Of a DNA stretch of 32,561 nt, positions 17,827 through 26,728 are shown in pieces. The DNA is taken from positions 1-32,561 of the forward strand of contig JAYZHY010000032.1 in NCBI GenBank assembly GCA_036166115.1, given 5' to 3'. This DNA is from Pseudomonadota bacterium. Lineage in GTDB: Bacteria > Pseudomonadota > Gammaproteobacteria > Steroidobacterales > Woeseiaceae. The notes below the pieces were generated by a model. The model saw nothing but the letters and a program-made list of their open reading frames with translations, had not been told where the DNA came from and did not search any database. A program made the translations under genes and the position numbers. Within the stretch, counting starts at the first letter, position 1. Each line of letters opens with the position of its first letter.

Positions 17827-18480
17827 TTATTTGTCAGTAATATTCTCAGCAGTAACGCCTTCGGCTTTTAAGGCAATCTTAGTGGCTTCTCTTGCCTCCA
17901 TCCGTTTGCGATGCGCCATCCAATTTGGCATATCAGCAACATGCTCTACAACATCTTCTCTTTGGCTCCAAATATGAAATACAAATAAATAAGCATCACA
18001 AACACTATAAACGTCACCCAACGCCCATTTTTTTCCTGACAGTCGCCTTTCAACCTCCATGAGTGTATTTTTTAGATTGGGTATGCCGACCTTCAATAGT
18101 TCCGAATACAATTCCTTGCTATCGACCAATAAATTCGGTCTAAATAAAGGTCGAAATGCAATGTGGACTGTACTTGATAGAAAATTCATCCATTCGTGTG
18201 CCCTTGCCCGAGACAAAGGGTCATTCTTAGGTATAAGCTCAACAGAAGCTTTATCAGCAATATAAGATAATATTGCGTGAGTTTCAGTTAACACTTTATC
18301 CCCCGTTAGAAGTGTCGGTATCTTGCCCCAAGGATTCATTTTCTTGTAAGCGCTTTCTTTATGCTCACCCTTTCTAATTCTCACTGGCATCGCTTCATAA
18401 GCGAGGCCAGATTCTTCCAGAGCAATGTGACAGGCAAGTGAACATGCCCTGGGGCTAAAAAATAGTTTTAAATCAGTCAT
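17827..18480 (-). CDS. Glutathione S-transferase
   Basis: 217 aa. The N-terminal thioredoxin-like part (LKLFFSPRACSLACHIALEE..., NPWGKIPTL, ETHAILSYI) and the helical C-domain are typical of bacterial beta-like GSTs. It lies 40 nt upstream of, and co-directional with, the dioxygenase gene. Confidence 0.8.
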   Translation of the reverse strand: MTDLKLFFSPRACSLACHIALEESGLAYEAMPVRIRKGEHKESAYKKMNPWGKIPTLLTGDKVLTETHAILSYIADKASVELIPKNDPLSRARAHEWMNFLSSTVHIAFRPLFRPNLLVDSKELYSELLKVGIPNLKNTLMEVERRLSGKKWALGDVYSVCDAYLFVFHIWSQREDVVEHVADMPNWMAHRKRMEAREATKIALKAEGVTAENITDK

Positions 18481-18648
18481 GTTCGATTCCTAATAATCTT
18501 ATATATTTCCATAATATGGCAAACGTTATCGTGATGTTTTTTAAACTCTAATCAAAAAATAAATTCGACTTTGGTCAATCCTACTCATAACATTAATATT
18601 TGCTATGCATTATTGAAAAATAACGTAAACATAAAAATACATAAAACC

Positions 18649-19449
18649 ATGAATATCTATAAAACTACAATAATATTCTTTATTTTCTTCTTGGGATCAG
18701 TTTCTGCTAAAGATGAACAAGAAATTCCCGATTGGAGTGGCATTTGGGAGCGATATGAAGACAATGGAGGAATGTTTGATGTGTCTACAACTAAACCTCC
18801 AGAAGGTCGTGCCGGCAGCCCAAATGTTAGACAATTTCCACCTTTGACTCCCCTTTGGGAAGAAAAATACAAGAAAAACCTAGCATTGGTTGCAAGAGAC
18901 AGATTGCCCGATCCAATATCCATTTGTGGAACACCAGCTGGCTATCCTCGACTGCTTGCTTTACCTGATGTCTATGAATTTATAGTGCGTCCTGAAAAAA
19001 CATGGATAGTTACTGAAAACGGGCCAAATATCATGAGAATCTATACAGATGGAAGAGGCCACCCCAAAGAAAATGAGCGCTGGCCAACCTACACTGGAGA
19101 ATCTGTAGGTTCATGGGAAGGGGATGTCTTGCATTTTAAGACAGTAAGCATGATTGGAGAAAAAAACACTGTTCTAGACAGGAGTGGAATGACCTTAAGT
19201 GAAAAAGCAACTATCTCAACCAGTATTTTTAAGAATGAAGCAGGCTTACTTCGCGCGGAATTAACGATAGTCGATCCAATTGCATTAACTCAACCATGGC
19301 ATGTAACTCGTCATTTCAGAAAACTGCCCAAAGAAACACGAATATTTGATTATGCTTGTGCTGAAAATAATCGGAACCCAATTACAAACACAGGAAAAAC
19401 GCTAACTCTTGGTCCAGATGGGATACCAATCGATAAGAACATCGAATAA
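18649..19449 (+). CDS. Secreted stand-alone X-domain protein (homologous to the C-terminal halves of 14650..15900 and 15917..16948)
   Basis: I prefer ATG 18649 (MNIYKTTIIFFIFFLGSVSA|KDE signal peptide) to the tracked non-ATG start at 18571. Motifs: GIW...ICGTPAGYPRL...RIYTDGR...GSWEGDVLHFKT...YAC. Confidence 0.7.
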   Translation: MNIYKTTIIFFIFFLGSVSAKDEQEIPDWSGIWERYEDNGGMFDVSTTKPPEGRAGSPNVRQFPPLTPLWEEKYKKNLALVARDRLPDPISICGTPAGYPRLLALPDVYEFIVRPEKTWIVTENGPNIMRIYTDGRGHPKENERWPTYTGESVGSWEGDVLHFKTVSMIGEKNTVLDRSGMTLSEKATISTSIFKNEAGLLRAELTIVDPIALTQPWHVTRHFRKLPKETRIFDYACAENNRNPITNTGKTLTLGPDGIPIDKNIE

Positions 19450-19459
19450 AGAGGTTATT

Positions 19460-19855
19460 ATGCTAATACATCGAATACATAAATACTGCTTTTTAATATT
19501 AAGCCTAATATTAATTTGTTGGGGAAATTTATACGCGCATCACTCAAGCGCAATGTTTGATAAAACACACGTCCTTAAAGTAAAGGCTGTTGTAAAAGAA
19601 TTTCAATGGGCCAATCCGCATGTTTGGATACAGATATACATCCCAAATCAAAATAACAAAGAAGAATGGAGCATTGAAGGAATAGGAATAAATACATTAT
19701 TTAGAAGAGGGTGGAGGCCAAATTCTTTCCAGCCTGGTGATGAAATAGACATTAGTTTCAACCCGATGCTTGATGGTTCTCATGCAGGGCTCTTTATTGG
19801 TGCCAGATTTGAAGATGGGAAAATATTAGGAAAGTGGGAGAATACGAATAATTAG
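19460..19855 (+). CDS. Secreted stand-alone HHS-domain protein (DUF6152-like)
   Basis: I prefer ATG 19460 (GAGG 5 nt upstream, 10 nt after the previous stop) to the tracked 19409. Signal peptide ...GNLYA, then HHSSAMFDKTHVLKVKAVVKEFQWANPHVWIQ. It is 131 aa, the size I recall for this family. Confidence 0.7.
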   Translation: MLIHRIHKYCFLILSLILICWGNLYAHHSSAMFDKTHVLKVKAVVKEFQWANPHVWIQIYIPNQNNKEEWSIEGIGINTLFRRGWRPNSFQPGDEIDISFNPMLDGSHAGLFIGARFEDGKILGKWENTNN

Positions 19856-21153
19856 CTGCGTAATGTTCGAATTCCTTTTAATAAAGTTTCACAAAAAGCA
19901 TTCACATCAGAGCGATCCATTACTGTAGAACAAACTCCAGTCAATCCAGGAGTTAACCAATATCCTTTGCTAAACATATAATAATGCAATCCATTGCTCT
20001 TATAGACCTTTCCCCTTTCACTGCAATCCGATAATATCGTATCGTTAATCGTCATTCCAAAGATTGAAAATTGCCCTTCCACCCTTCCATCCACGTCGCT
20101 TAATTCAAAAACCTCTTTAATACCACTGCGAAATAACGCTCCAAGTTTATTAAGTTCAATGAATGCATCTTCTGTTAGCATTTCCATGGTCTTCTTGCCT
20201 GCAGCCATACTGACCGGATTTGCATTAAATGTTCCGCCATGAGGTAATTTTGCCCTCTCACCATGTGACTCAAAAACGTCCATGACATCATTATGACCGG
20301 CAACCGCTCCAATCGGAAATCCGCCACCTATAATCTTTCCTAGTGCAGTTAAATGCGGATTGATTTGTCTTTCAGTTTGACAGCCAGAATATCCAGCCCT
20401 AAAAGAGACAACTTCATCCGCAATCAATAAAATATGATATTTTTCACACACATCTTCTAGCATCTCAAGAAATTCGTCACTGGGTATTGATCTGCCATAT
20501 GTTTGACCAAATGGGTCAATTAGGATGGCGGCCAATTCATGAGCACTGTCCTCGATTATTTTCTTGGCAACGGATGCATTATTAAAAGGAATAATAACTA
20601 CATCATTGAGAACTCCTTGAGGTGTTCCTGATGAATAGGCCATCGATTTTGGTTTTAATTCTTCAGGGCTAGTTTTATCAACACCAAGGCTGACTTCTGC
20701 ATAGTCGTAACTGCCATGGTAAGAATTCTCACACTTTACAATCTTACTTTTACCGGTATAAGCTCGAGCTGCTTTAATTGCATTCATGACAGCTTCAGTG
20801 CCTGAATTCATGAATCTTATTTTTTCAAAATTTTGATTACGACTGCATAACATTTCAGCATAGGAGTACTCGGTTTCACTGCCAAATGAAAAACCAGTGC
20901 CTTTTTTTATTTGACTAATTGCAGCTTTGGTAACCTCAGGATGCGCATGTCCGTGTATAAGAGCAGTATAATTATTATTTAAGTCAAAATAACGATTGCC
21001 ATCAATATCATTAAGATACTTTCCTTTGGCTGACTTAATATAGATCGAATGTGGTGACAGACTGATTGTGCTCCTCGACCCTCCATCGGGAAGCACCTCT
21101 TTTGCAGTCTCAAAACTCCTTCGTGATTCTTCTAAGGAGACCTCTTTTGCCAT
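19852..21153 (-). CDS. Class-III aminotransferase, glutamate-1-semialdehyde 2,1-aminomutase (HemL)-like
   Basis: 433 aa. VLPDGGSRS, NSGTEAVMNAIKAARAYTGK, DEVVSFRAGYSG and LGKIIGGGFPIGAV (PLP lysine) are colinear with HemL-type enzymes. Whether it is a true HemL or a paralogous aminotransferase cannot be decided from the sequence. Confidence 0.75.
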   Translation of the reverse strand: MAKEVSLEESRRSFETAKEVLPDGGSRSTISLSPHSIYIKSAKGKYLNDIDGNRYFDLNNNYTALIHGHAHPEVTKAAISQIKKGTGFSFGSETEYSYAEMLCSRNQNFEKIRFMNSGTEAVMNAIKAARAYTGKSKIVKCENSYHGSYDYAEVSLGVDKTSPEELKPKSMAYSSGTPQGVLNDVVIIPFNNASVAKKIIEDSAHELAAILIDPFGQTYGRSIPSDEFLEMLEDVCEKYHILLIADEVVSFRAGYSGCQTERQINPHLTALGKIIGGGFPIGAVAGHNDVMDVFESHGERAKLPHGGTFNANPVSMAAGKKTMEMLTEDAFIELNKLGALFRSGIKEVFELSDVDGRVEGQFSIFGMTINDTILSDCSERGKVYKSNGLHYYMFSKGYWLTPGLTGVCSTVMDRSDVNAFCETLLKGIRTLRS

Positions 21154-21177
21154 CAGTAATTTATTGCATACTTTCTG

Positions 21178-22815
21178 TCAATTGATGTTATTTGCAACAC
21201 TGTTATCTAGAAAAGCAGAGAATTGATCCAGATTAATACCAGGTGTCGATTTGATCTTAGCGCGCATTTCTTCAGCGAGAATCAAATCTTCACTTCCACT
21301 TGCTGCTGCAATTAACCCCACAATTGAGGGAGTTCGGTTTGGCACCCAGTTTAAGGATCGTTTATAAGCAATAACGGCTTCGTCAAACCTGCCTGCCGCT
21401 GCCAATATCTCACCGTATAACTCAGAAGCCGGTTTCATTGGCATAGGTGGTCCAGAAGGAGTAGACATATTATTCAATTCAATGTCAGAAGCTTCTTTAG
21501 CTAGATTAACTGCATCATCATATTCACCAGCAGCCAATTTCATCATCGCCTCCACTTCTTTTTCAAGAATCTGAATCTGCAGGGCATTGTATGCACGGCC
21601 CGAACTTTCTGCTTTCATGCGAAGACCTTCCAGTCTATCTATCGCTGCAGAGACAGTCTGCATATCTCGTTCAATCGCCGCACACATCCCAGCAGCAGCA
21701 ATTAATGCACTATGCTGACCTTCAGTGCTATCAGAACTGTCCAATTCAACTCTTGAACAATCCGCAGTCTCAATTGCATGTCTTGCAAGAACATTTAAAT
21801 ATCCATAATGCGCAAAATTATTACCTGGATTCATCTCAACTGCTTTTAAGGCTATGTTTAAGTTCTCTTCTGCTCGATCATAGTGACCCAACATAAGATT
21901 GCCATAATGCAGCCATTGGAGCGCATGAAAATCTTCACGGCCCACCGCTGAATTTGCTAGATTCGTCACATTGTTCGCCATCAATGTCTTGGTATGACTT
22001 ACTGCCGAAGCATAGGACTCAATATTAGAGTTCACCACACGCTCCCACATCCCAAGCTGTAAAAATATGTGTGAAGGCATATGCAGAGCATGAGCCGAGG
22101 ATGGAGCAATCTCTGCATAAGCTTTTGCGGCAGGTAATGCAAGAATTGCGTGATCCGGATCATCTAAAGAATGAATTGTAAAGTGTGCTGCCCCTGGATG
22201 TGACTTATTTTCAGCATGAATCGGCATCACAATTGAAGCCGCAAGTGCTTGCCTCTTATATCCATCATCGCCAGGACGAATGGTTCCAAGCAGTGACAGA
22301 GCATAAAAGATTGATATCTCATGATCATCAGGCCATTTTATGTGCATTTTTTCCATGGCGTTGGAATATGCAATGTCTCTTTCAAGCTTATCTTCTGAGC
22401 TAAAAAACAAGCCTTCAATCGCAGTCATATATGCTTTTTCTTTTTCAGTTTCTGCTAGCGCAAGACGACCCTCAAAAGTTGGAGCAAATCGGCTCAAAAG
22501 TTCCCTGCCTTCATTTAAATTTTGCCTTGCCCATAGCGGAAAATTGTTGCTCATGGCCTGGCCCCAATAAGCCATTGCAAATGTTGGGTCTATGATTGTT
22601 GCGTCCTCAAAAGCTAATCGTGCAACATCAAATTGAAAATTATGCAGCCCTTTAACACCAGTTAAAAATGCTTCTTGAGCATCGGGTGAACCTGAGTTAT
22701 TAAAACTGATATTTCCTAGATCCGGTGTATTTGAATCTTCTATTTGAGAGCATCCAACAAAAGCTCCCAAAAAAAACATAATTAATGAAATTTTTGCTAT
22801 TTTTTCTACTTTCAT
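21178..22815 (-). CDS. TPR-like repeat lipoprotein, function unknown
   Basis: 545 aa. The N-terminus has a lipobox-like LGAFVGC|S. The rest is an Ala/Leu-rich helical-repeat pattern (AYWGQA, YYALSL, and the C-terminal ...EAVIAYKRSL) consistent with TPR-type repeats. Confidence 0.55.
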   Translation of the reverse strand: MKVEKIAKISLIMFFLGAFVGCSQIEDSNTPDLGNISFNNSGSPDAQEAFLTGVKGLHNFQFDVARLAFEDATIIDPTFAMAYWGQAMSNNFPLWARQNLNEGRELLSRFAPTFEGRLALAETEKEKAYMTAIEGLFFSSEDKLERDIAYSNAMEKMHIKWPDDHEISIFYALSLLGTIRPGDDGYKRQALAASIVMPIHAENKSHPGAAHFTIHSLDDPDHAILALPAAKAYAEIAPSSAHALHMPSHIFLQLGMWERVVNSNIESYASAVSHTKTLMANNVTNLANSAVGREDFHALQWLHYGNLMLGHYDRAEENLNIALKAVEMNPGNNFAHYGYLNVLARHAIETADCSRVELDSSDSTEGQHSALIAAAGMCAAIERDMQTVSAAIDRLEGLRMKAESSGRAYNALQIQILEKEVEAMMKLAAGEYDDAVNLAKEASDIELNNMSTPSGPPMPMKPASELYGEILAAAGRFDEAVIAYKRSLNWVPNRTPSIVGLIAAASGSEDLILAEEMRAKIKSTPGINLDQFSAFLDNSVANNIN

Positions 22816-22915
22816 CTTACCTAACTCCTATAACATCAATGAGATCATCCTAAAGCTTCCAGATATGTGTGTCTAGAACTCAATTGAAAAGAATCGTTAA
22901 TTAACTGTAAAGCTC

Positions 22916-24220
22916 TTATCTGTAGTCTTCTGATAACGCTTCAAGGGTTCTTTTTCTAGTTTCAGGCATAAAGAATACTACAAAAATCAATTGCAATACC
23001 ATCATCATGGCAAAAAATACAAAAATTGCATAAGGTTCAAACCTGCTTAGAAAATAAGGCATAACCAATGCAATTATTGCCGCCAAAACCCAATGTGTTC
23101 CGCTCCCTAATGATTGCCCTTTTGTGCGCACATTATTTGGGAATATCTCAGCAAAGAACACCCAAATAACGGCTCCTTGGCCAATAGCGTGAGACGCAAT
23201 AAAAAGAAAAACGAAGAACACCACAATGACGCCACTCGCATCTTGATAAAATGCACTGGCAATTGCAGATAGCGAAATTATATAACCCAAAGAACCAATT
23301 TTCATCAGTACTCTTCTTCCAAAATTGTCTATCAACATCATCCCAAGCAATGTAAATAATAAATTAACCAATCCAACTCCAGCAGTTGATAAAAGTGCAG
23401 TTGCATCACTTAATCCTGCTAAAGAAAATACTCGTGGTGCAAAATAAATAATGAAGTTTATACCGGACAACTGATTAAATAGGGCAATAAAAAATGCCAG
23501 TAAGATCGGGATGGTATATGCTCTTGAGAATAGACGATCCATCAAAACAGCTTGTGAGTTTTTAATGCTCGCTATGGTCTCTGAAGTGACCTTTGGATCA
23601 ATGATATCCAAAATCTTCTTGCATTCTTCTTCGTCATTTTTCCTCAATAAAATCCATCTTGGGCTCTCAGGGACACGCACAACTAACATCAGAAATACTG
23701 CTGCTGGTATCAATTCAATTCCAAGCATCCAGCGCCAATTCAATGAGAAGAACTCGGACAAGAGGTAATTGGACAAAAAGGCAATTAAAATACCAAATAC
23801 AATCTGAAACTGATAAAGAGCAACCAGCCTCCCTCTGATTGGAGCTGGTGCAATCTCAGCAATATACGCTGGAACCACAATTGAAGACATGCCAACACCA
23901 AAACCACCTAAAAACCTCATAAAAGCAAAGAAATAGGGATCGGATGCAACTGCGGAACCTAATGCAGAAACAAAATATAATATGGCTACAGTAACCAAAA
24001 TTCTCTTTCTGCCAAAACGCTCACAAATTACTCCACCGAAAAGTGCACCGAATACGGTTCCCCAGAGCGCAGAAGACATAACCATTGCGCCATGCATCAA
24101 ATCACTGGACTGCCATAATATTTGTAATGGCTGATCAGCTCCCGATATAACAGCCGTATCAAACCCAAAAAGAAAACCGCCAAAGGCTACAGCTAAAGAC
24201 CAAAAGAAAATATTTTTCAT
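22916..24220 (-). CDS. MFS sugar-porter-family transporter
   Basis: 434 aa with 12 predicted hydrophobic segments. GRKRILV (loop 2-3 motif), VPESPRWIL and PETRKRTLEAL are hallmark sugar-porter (XylE/GalP-like) signatures. Confidence 0.8.
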   Translation of the reverse strand: MKNIFFWSLAVAFGGFLFGFDTAVISGADQPLQILWQSSDLMHGAMVMSSALWGTVFGALFGGVICERFGRKRILVTVAILYFVSALGSAVASDPYFFAFMRFLGGFGVGMSSIVVPAYIAEIAPAPIRGRLVALYQFQIVFGILIAFLSNYLLSEFFSLNWRWMLGIELIPAAVFLMLVVRVPESPRWILLRKNDEEECKKILDIIDPKVTSETIASIKNSQAVLMDRLFSRAYTIPILLAFFIALFNQLSGINFIIYFAPRVFSLAGLSDATALLSTAGVGLVNLLFTLLGMMLIDNFGRRVLMKIGSLGYIISLSAIASAFYQDASGVIVVFFVFLFIASHAIGQGAVIWVFFAEIFPNNVRTKGQSLGSGTHWVLAAIIALVMPYFLSRFEPYAIFVFFAMMMVLQLIFVVFFMPETRKRTLEALSEDYR

Positions 24221-24273
24221 AACGATTATCTCATTTAATAAAACTTTTAAATTACATTAACATTCTTATATGC

Positions 24274-24302
24274 TTGTCAATACTAAATAGAGCTTGTATA
24301 AA
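24274..24302 (+). promoter_or_regulatory. Candidate sigma70-type promoter for the DUF3604 operon
   Basis: TTGTCA (24274-24279), a 17-nt spacer, then TATAAA (24297-24302), about 68 nt upstream of ATG 24370. The region is AT-rich, so chance matches are common. Confidence 0.3.
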
Positions 24303-24369
24303 TTAAAAGCTGTGTAAGATTTATTACTTAAACTAGACACTTTAATCAAATAAAAATCGAAGGAAAAAT

Positions 24370-26712
24370 ATGGCTCTTACTAAATCTTTAAAAAGAATCT
24401 TAATTGTTGTGTCTGCAATAGTCTCTATAACCGTAATTATTTTTTATGCTCTGGCCTTTGGCTGGCTCGGCATACACGATGGTCCTGGAAATATTACTAA
24501 TAAAGCGATACCCACCTCAATTATTAAAGAAAGAACCAATATACAATCTGCATCAGCCACTAAGATTGGATCAAACAATGCCAAGCAAATATTGTTCGGA
24601 GACCTTCACGCCCACACGACTTTATCCTTCGATGCATTTATAGGTAGCCTTCCAATGATGCAAGGGGAAGGTACGCATCCATTGGCTGATGCTTGTGATT
24701 TTGCAAGATTCTGCTCGGCTTTAGATTTCTGGTCAATTAACGATCATGCAGAAGCGTCTACTCCGAGACGCTGGTCAGAAACGGTTGAATCAATTCAACA
24801 ATGTAATGCTGTTGGCGGCAATGGACAAAACCCAGATACGGTAGCTTTTCTTGGCTGGGAGTGGACTCAAGTTGGTGGAACACCAGACAGGCATTACGGT
24901 CATAAAAATGTAATATTCAAGGACATTGAAACTGAAAAAGTACCCAAACGACCCATTCACTCAGGCGGAATCGCTAGCGAAGCTTTAAGGGGTTTGCCGC
25001 TAAGAAATGGTCCGCTTTTATTTGCACTTGACCCCAATCAACGCATGTTAGATTTTAATTTATACCTCCATGAGCTCAGGCAAACTGAAGAATGCGAAGA
25101 GGGAAAATCTGTCTGGGATTTACCCAGTAACTGCAAAGAAGGAGCTGACACGCCAGCAAAACTGTTTGCAAAACTCGATGATTGGGGGTTTGAATCAATT
25201 GTTATACCACATGGAACAACATGGGGTTTTTATACGCCACCAGGATCGGAATTCAATAAACAGCTTAGTGGAGATTTGCATGATCCAAAACGACAAACCC
25301 TTTTAGAGGTTTTTTCTGGTCATGGAAATTCAGAGGAATACCGTAACTATCGAGCGATAGTTATGAATGAATTAGAACAACCAGTTTGCCCAAATCCCAC
25401 TAACAATTACCTGCCTTCCTGTCACCGTGCTGGCCAAATTATTGAGCAGCGTTGCTTGGAATCAGGAGAAACAGAAGCCGAGTGCTCTCGTCGCGCGGCA
25501 ACTGCCAGACAAGATTATGTAAATGCCGGCACTGCTGGGCATTATACGGTTCGCGGCGAAAGCCCTGAGGAATGGTTAGATTCAGGGCAATGCAGAGATT
25601 GTTATCTGCCGGCATTCAATTATCGTCCTGGTGGAGCTGCGCAATATATTATGGCTCTGACTAACTTTGATGATCCTGACAATCCGCGTCGTTTCAGATT
25701 TGGTTTTATGGCCTCAAGCGATAATCATTCCGCAAGACCAGGAACTGGTTATAAAGAATTCTCAAGAAGAGGCATGACTGAATCGGTCCTCGGTCCAATA
25801 AATAAAAGAGCCGAAAAAGGCTTTCGATTTAATGACGGGGAACCAACAGCTGTCAGTGATGATATCGACCTAGGAGAGATGTTAATGGCTGGGAGGAGGG
25901 AATTAAATCTCATCAAAACCACATCCAAAACAAGAAGGCTCGATATCATCCCACTTCTAATTACCGAAAGAGAAAGACAGGCATCATTCTTCACCACAGG
26001 AGGATTAATTGCAGTTCATTCAGAAGGTAGAAATAGAAATGCCATATGGAATTCAATGAAAAAAAAATCCGTATATGGGACCAGTGGAGATAGAATCTTA
26101 TTGTGGTTTGATCTTAAAAATGCAAATGGAGAAAAAACAGTCGGCATGGGCGGCGAAACAATTATGTCAGATTCACCACAATTCGAAGTGAAGGCAGTGG
26201 GTGCTTTTGAGCAAAAACCTGGATGCCCTGACTACAGTTATAATGCCTTATCTCCTGAAAGACTAAATAATTTATGTCGTGGTGAATGTTACAACCCCTC
26301 TGATATCAGAAAATTAATTACACGCATTGAAGTTATTCGGATATTGCCTCAAATAAATCCAAATGAAGATATCGCAACACTTATTCAGGACCCGTGGAAA
26401 ACCATAGAATGTCCTCTTGACCCAGATGGTTGTAATGTTAATTTTATCGATGAAGAATACACATCCCTTGGAAGAGATGCAGTATATTATGTTCGTGCTA
26501 TTCAAGCACCTTCCCCAGCGGTCAATGCAGCAAATATGAGATGCGAATATGATGAATTCGGTAATTGTAAAAAAGTTAATCTCTGTCATAACGATCACAG
26601 AGGAGACCCAAATGATGATTGCATGGCAATGAATGAAGAACGTGCCTGGTCATCGCCCATATTTGTTGATTCAGCAAATCTTCACAATAGCATCGCACAA
26701 GTAATAGAATAA
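24370..26712 (+). CDS. Membrane-anchored DUF3604-family protein (PHP-like metal-dependent hydrolase fold), extracytoplasmic
   Basis: 780 aa with AAGGA upstream. It has an N-terminal signal-anchor helix (ILIVVSAIVSITVIIFYALAFGW). FGDLHAHTTLSFDAF, INDHAE, IPHGTTWG, SSDNHSARPG and the C-terminal ERAWSSPIF match the family as I remember it. There are 20 Cys after the anchor. Confidence 0.75.
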   Translation: MALTKSLKRILIVVSAIVSITVIIFYALAFGWLGIHDGPGNITNKAIPTSIIKERTNIQSASATKIGSNNAKQILFGDLHAHTTLSFDAFIGSLPMMQGEGTHPLADACDFARFCSALDFWSINDHAEASTPRRWSETVESIQQCNAVGGNGQNPDTVAFLGWEWTQVGGTPDRHYGHKNVIFKDIETEKVPKRPIHSGGIASEALRGLPLRNGPLLFALDPNQRMLDFNLYLHELRQTEECEEGKSVWDLPSNCKEGADTPAKLFAKLDDWGFESIVIPHGTTWGFYTPPGSEFNKQLSGDLHDPKRQTLLEVFSGHGNSEEYRNYRAIVMNELEQPVCPNPTNNYLPSCHRAGQIIEQRCLESGETEAECSRRAATARQDYVNAGTAGHYTVRGESPEEWLDSGQCRDCYLPAFNYRPGGAAQYIMALTNFDDPDNPRRFRFGFMASSDNHSARPGTGYKEFSRRGMTESVLGPINKRAEKGFRFNDGEPTAVSDDIDLGEMLMAGRRELNLIKTTSKTRRLDIIPLLITERERQASFFTTGGLIAVHSEGRNRNAIWNSMKKKSVYGTSGDRILLWFDLKNANGEKTVGMGGETIMSDSPQFEVKAVGAFEQKPGCPDYSYNALSPERLNNLCRGECYNPSDIRKLITRIEVIRILPQINPNEDIATLIQDPWKTIECPLDPDGCNVNFIDEEYTSLGRDAVYYVRAIQAPSPAVNAANMRCEYDEFGNCKKVNLCHNDHRGDPNDDCMAMNEERAWSSPIFVDSANLHNSIAQVIE

Positions 26713-26728
26713 TTTCTGCAGCTGTTTT

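Noticed and set aside
16956-18480. LigB plus GST read as a lignin beta-etherase/protocatechuate 4,5-cleavage pathway
   Set aside because: Only family-level motifs are visible. There is no LigA-like small subunit and there are no downstream meta-cleavage genes, and GST subclass cannot be assigned by eye. I kept only the generic calls.
18571-18648. Tracked non-ATG start at 18571 giving a 26-aa N-terminal extension (MVNPTHNINICYALLKNN...)
   Set aside because: The extension is AT-rich intergenic-looking sequence and would bury the clear signal peptide that begins at ATG 18649.
19409-19459. Tracked start 19409 for the HHS-only protein, overlapping the 3' end of the preceding gene
   Set aside because: ATG 19460 has GAGG 5 nt upstream and yields a standard signal peptide. 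The longer version would overlap the upstream gene by 41 nt and place 17 polar residues before the signal.
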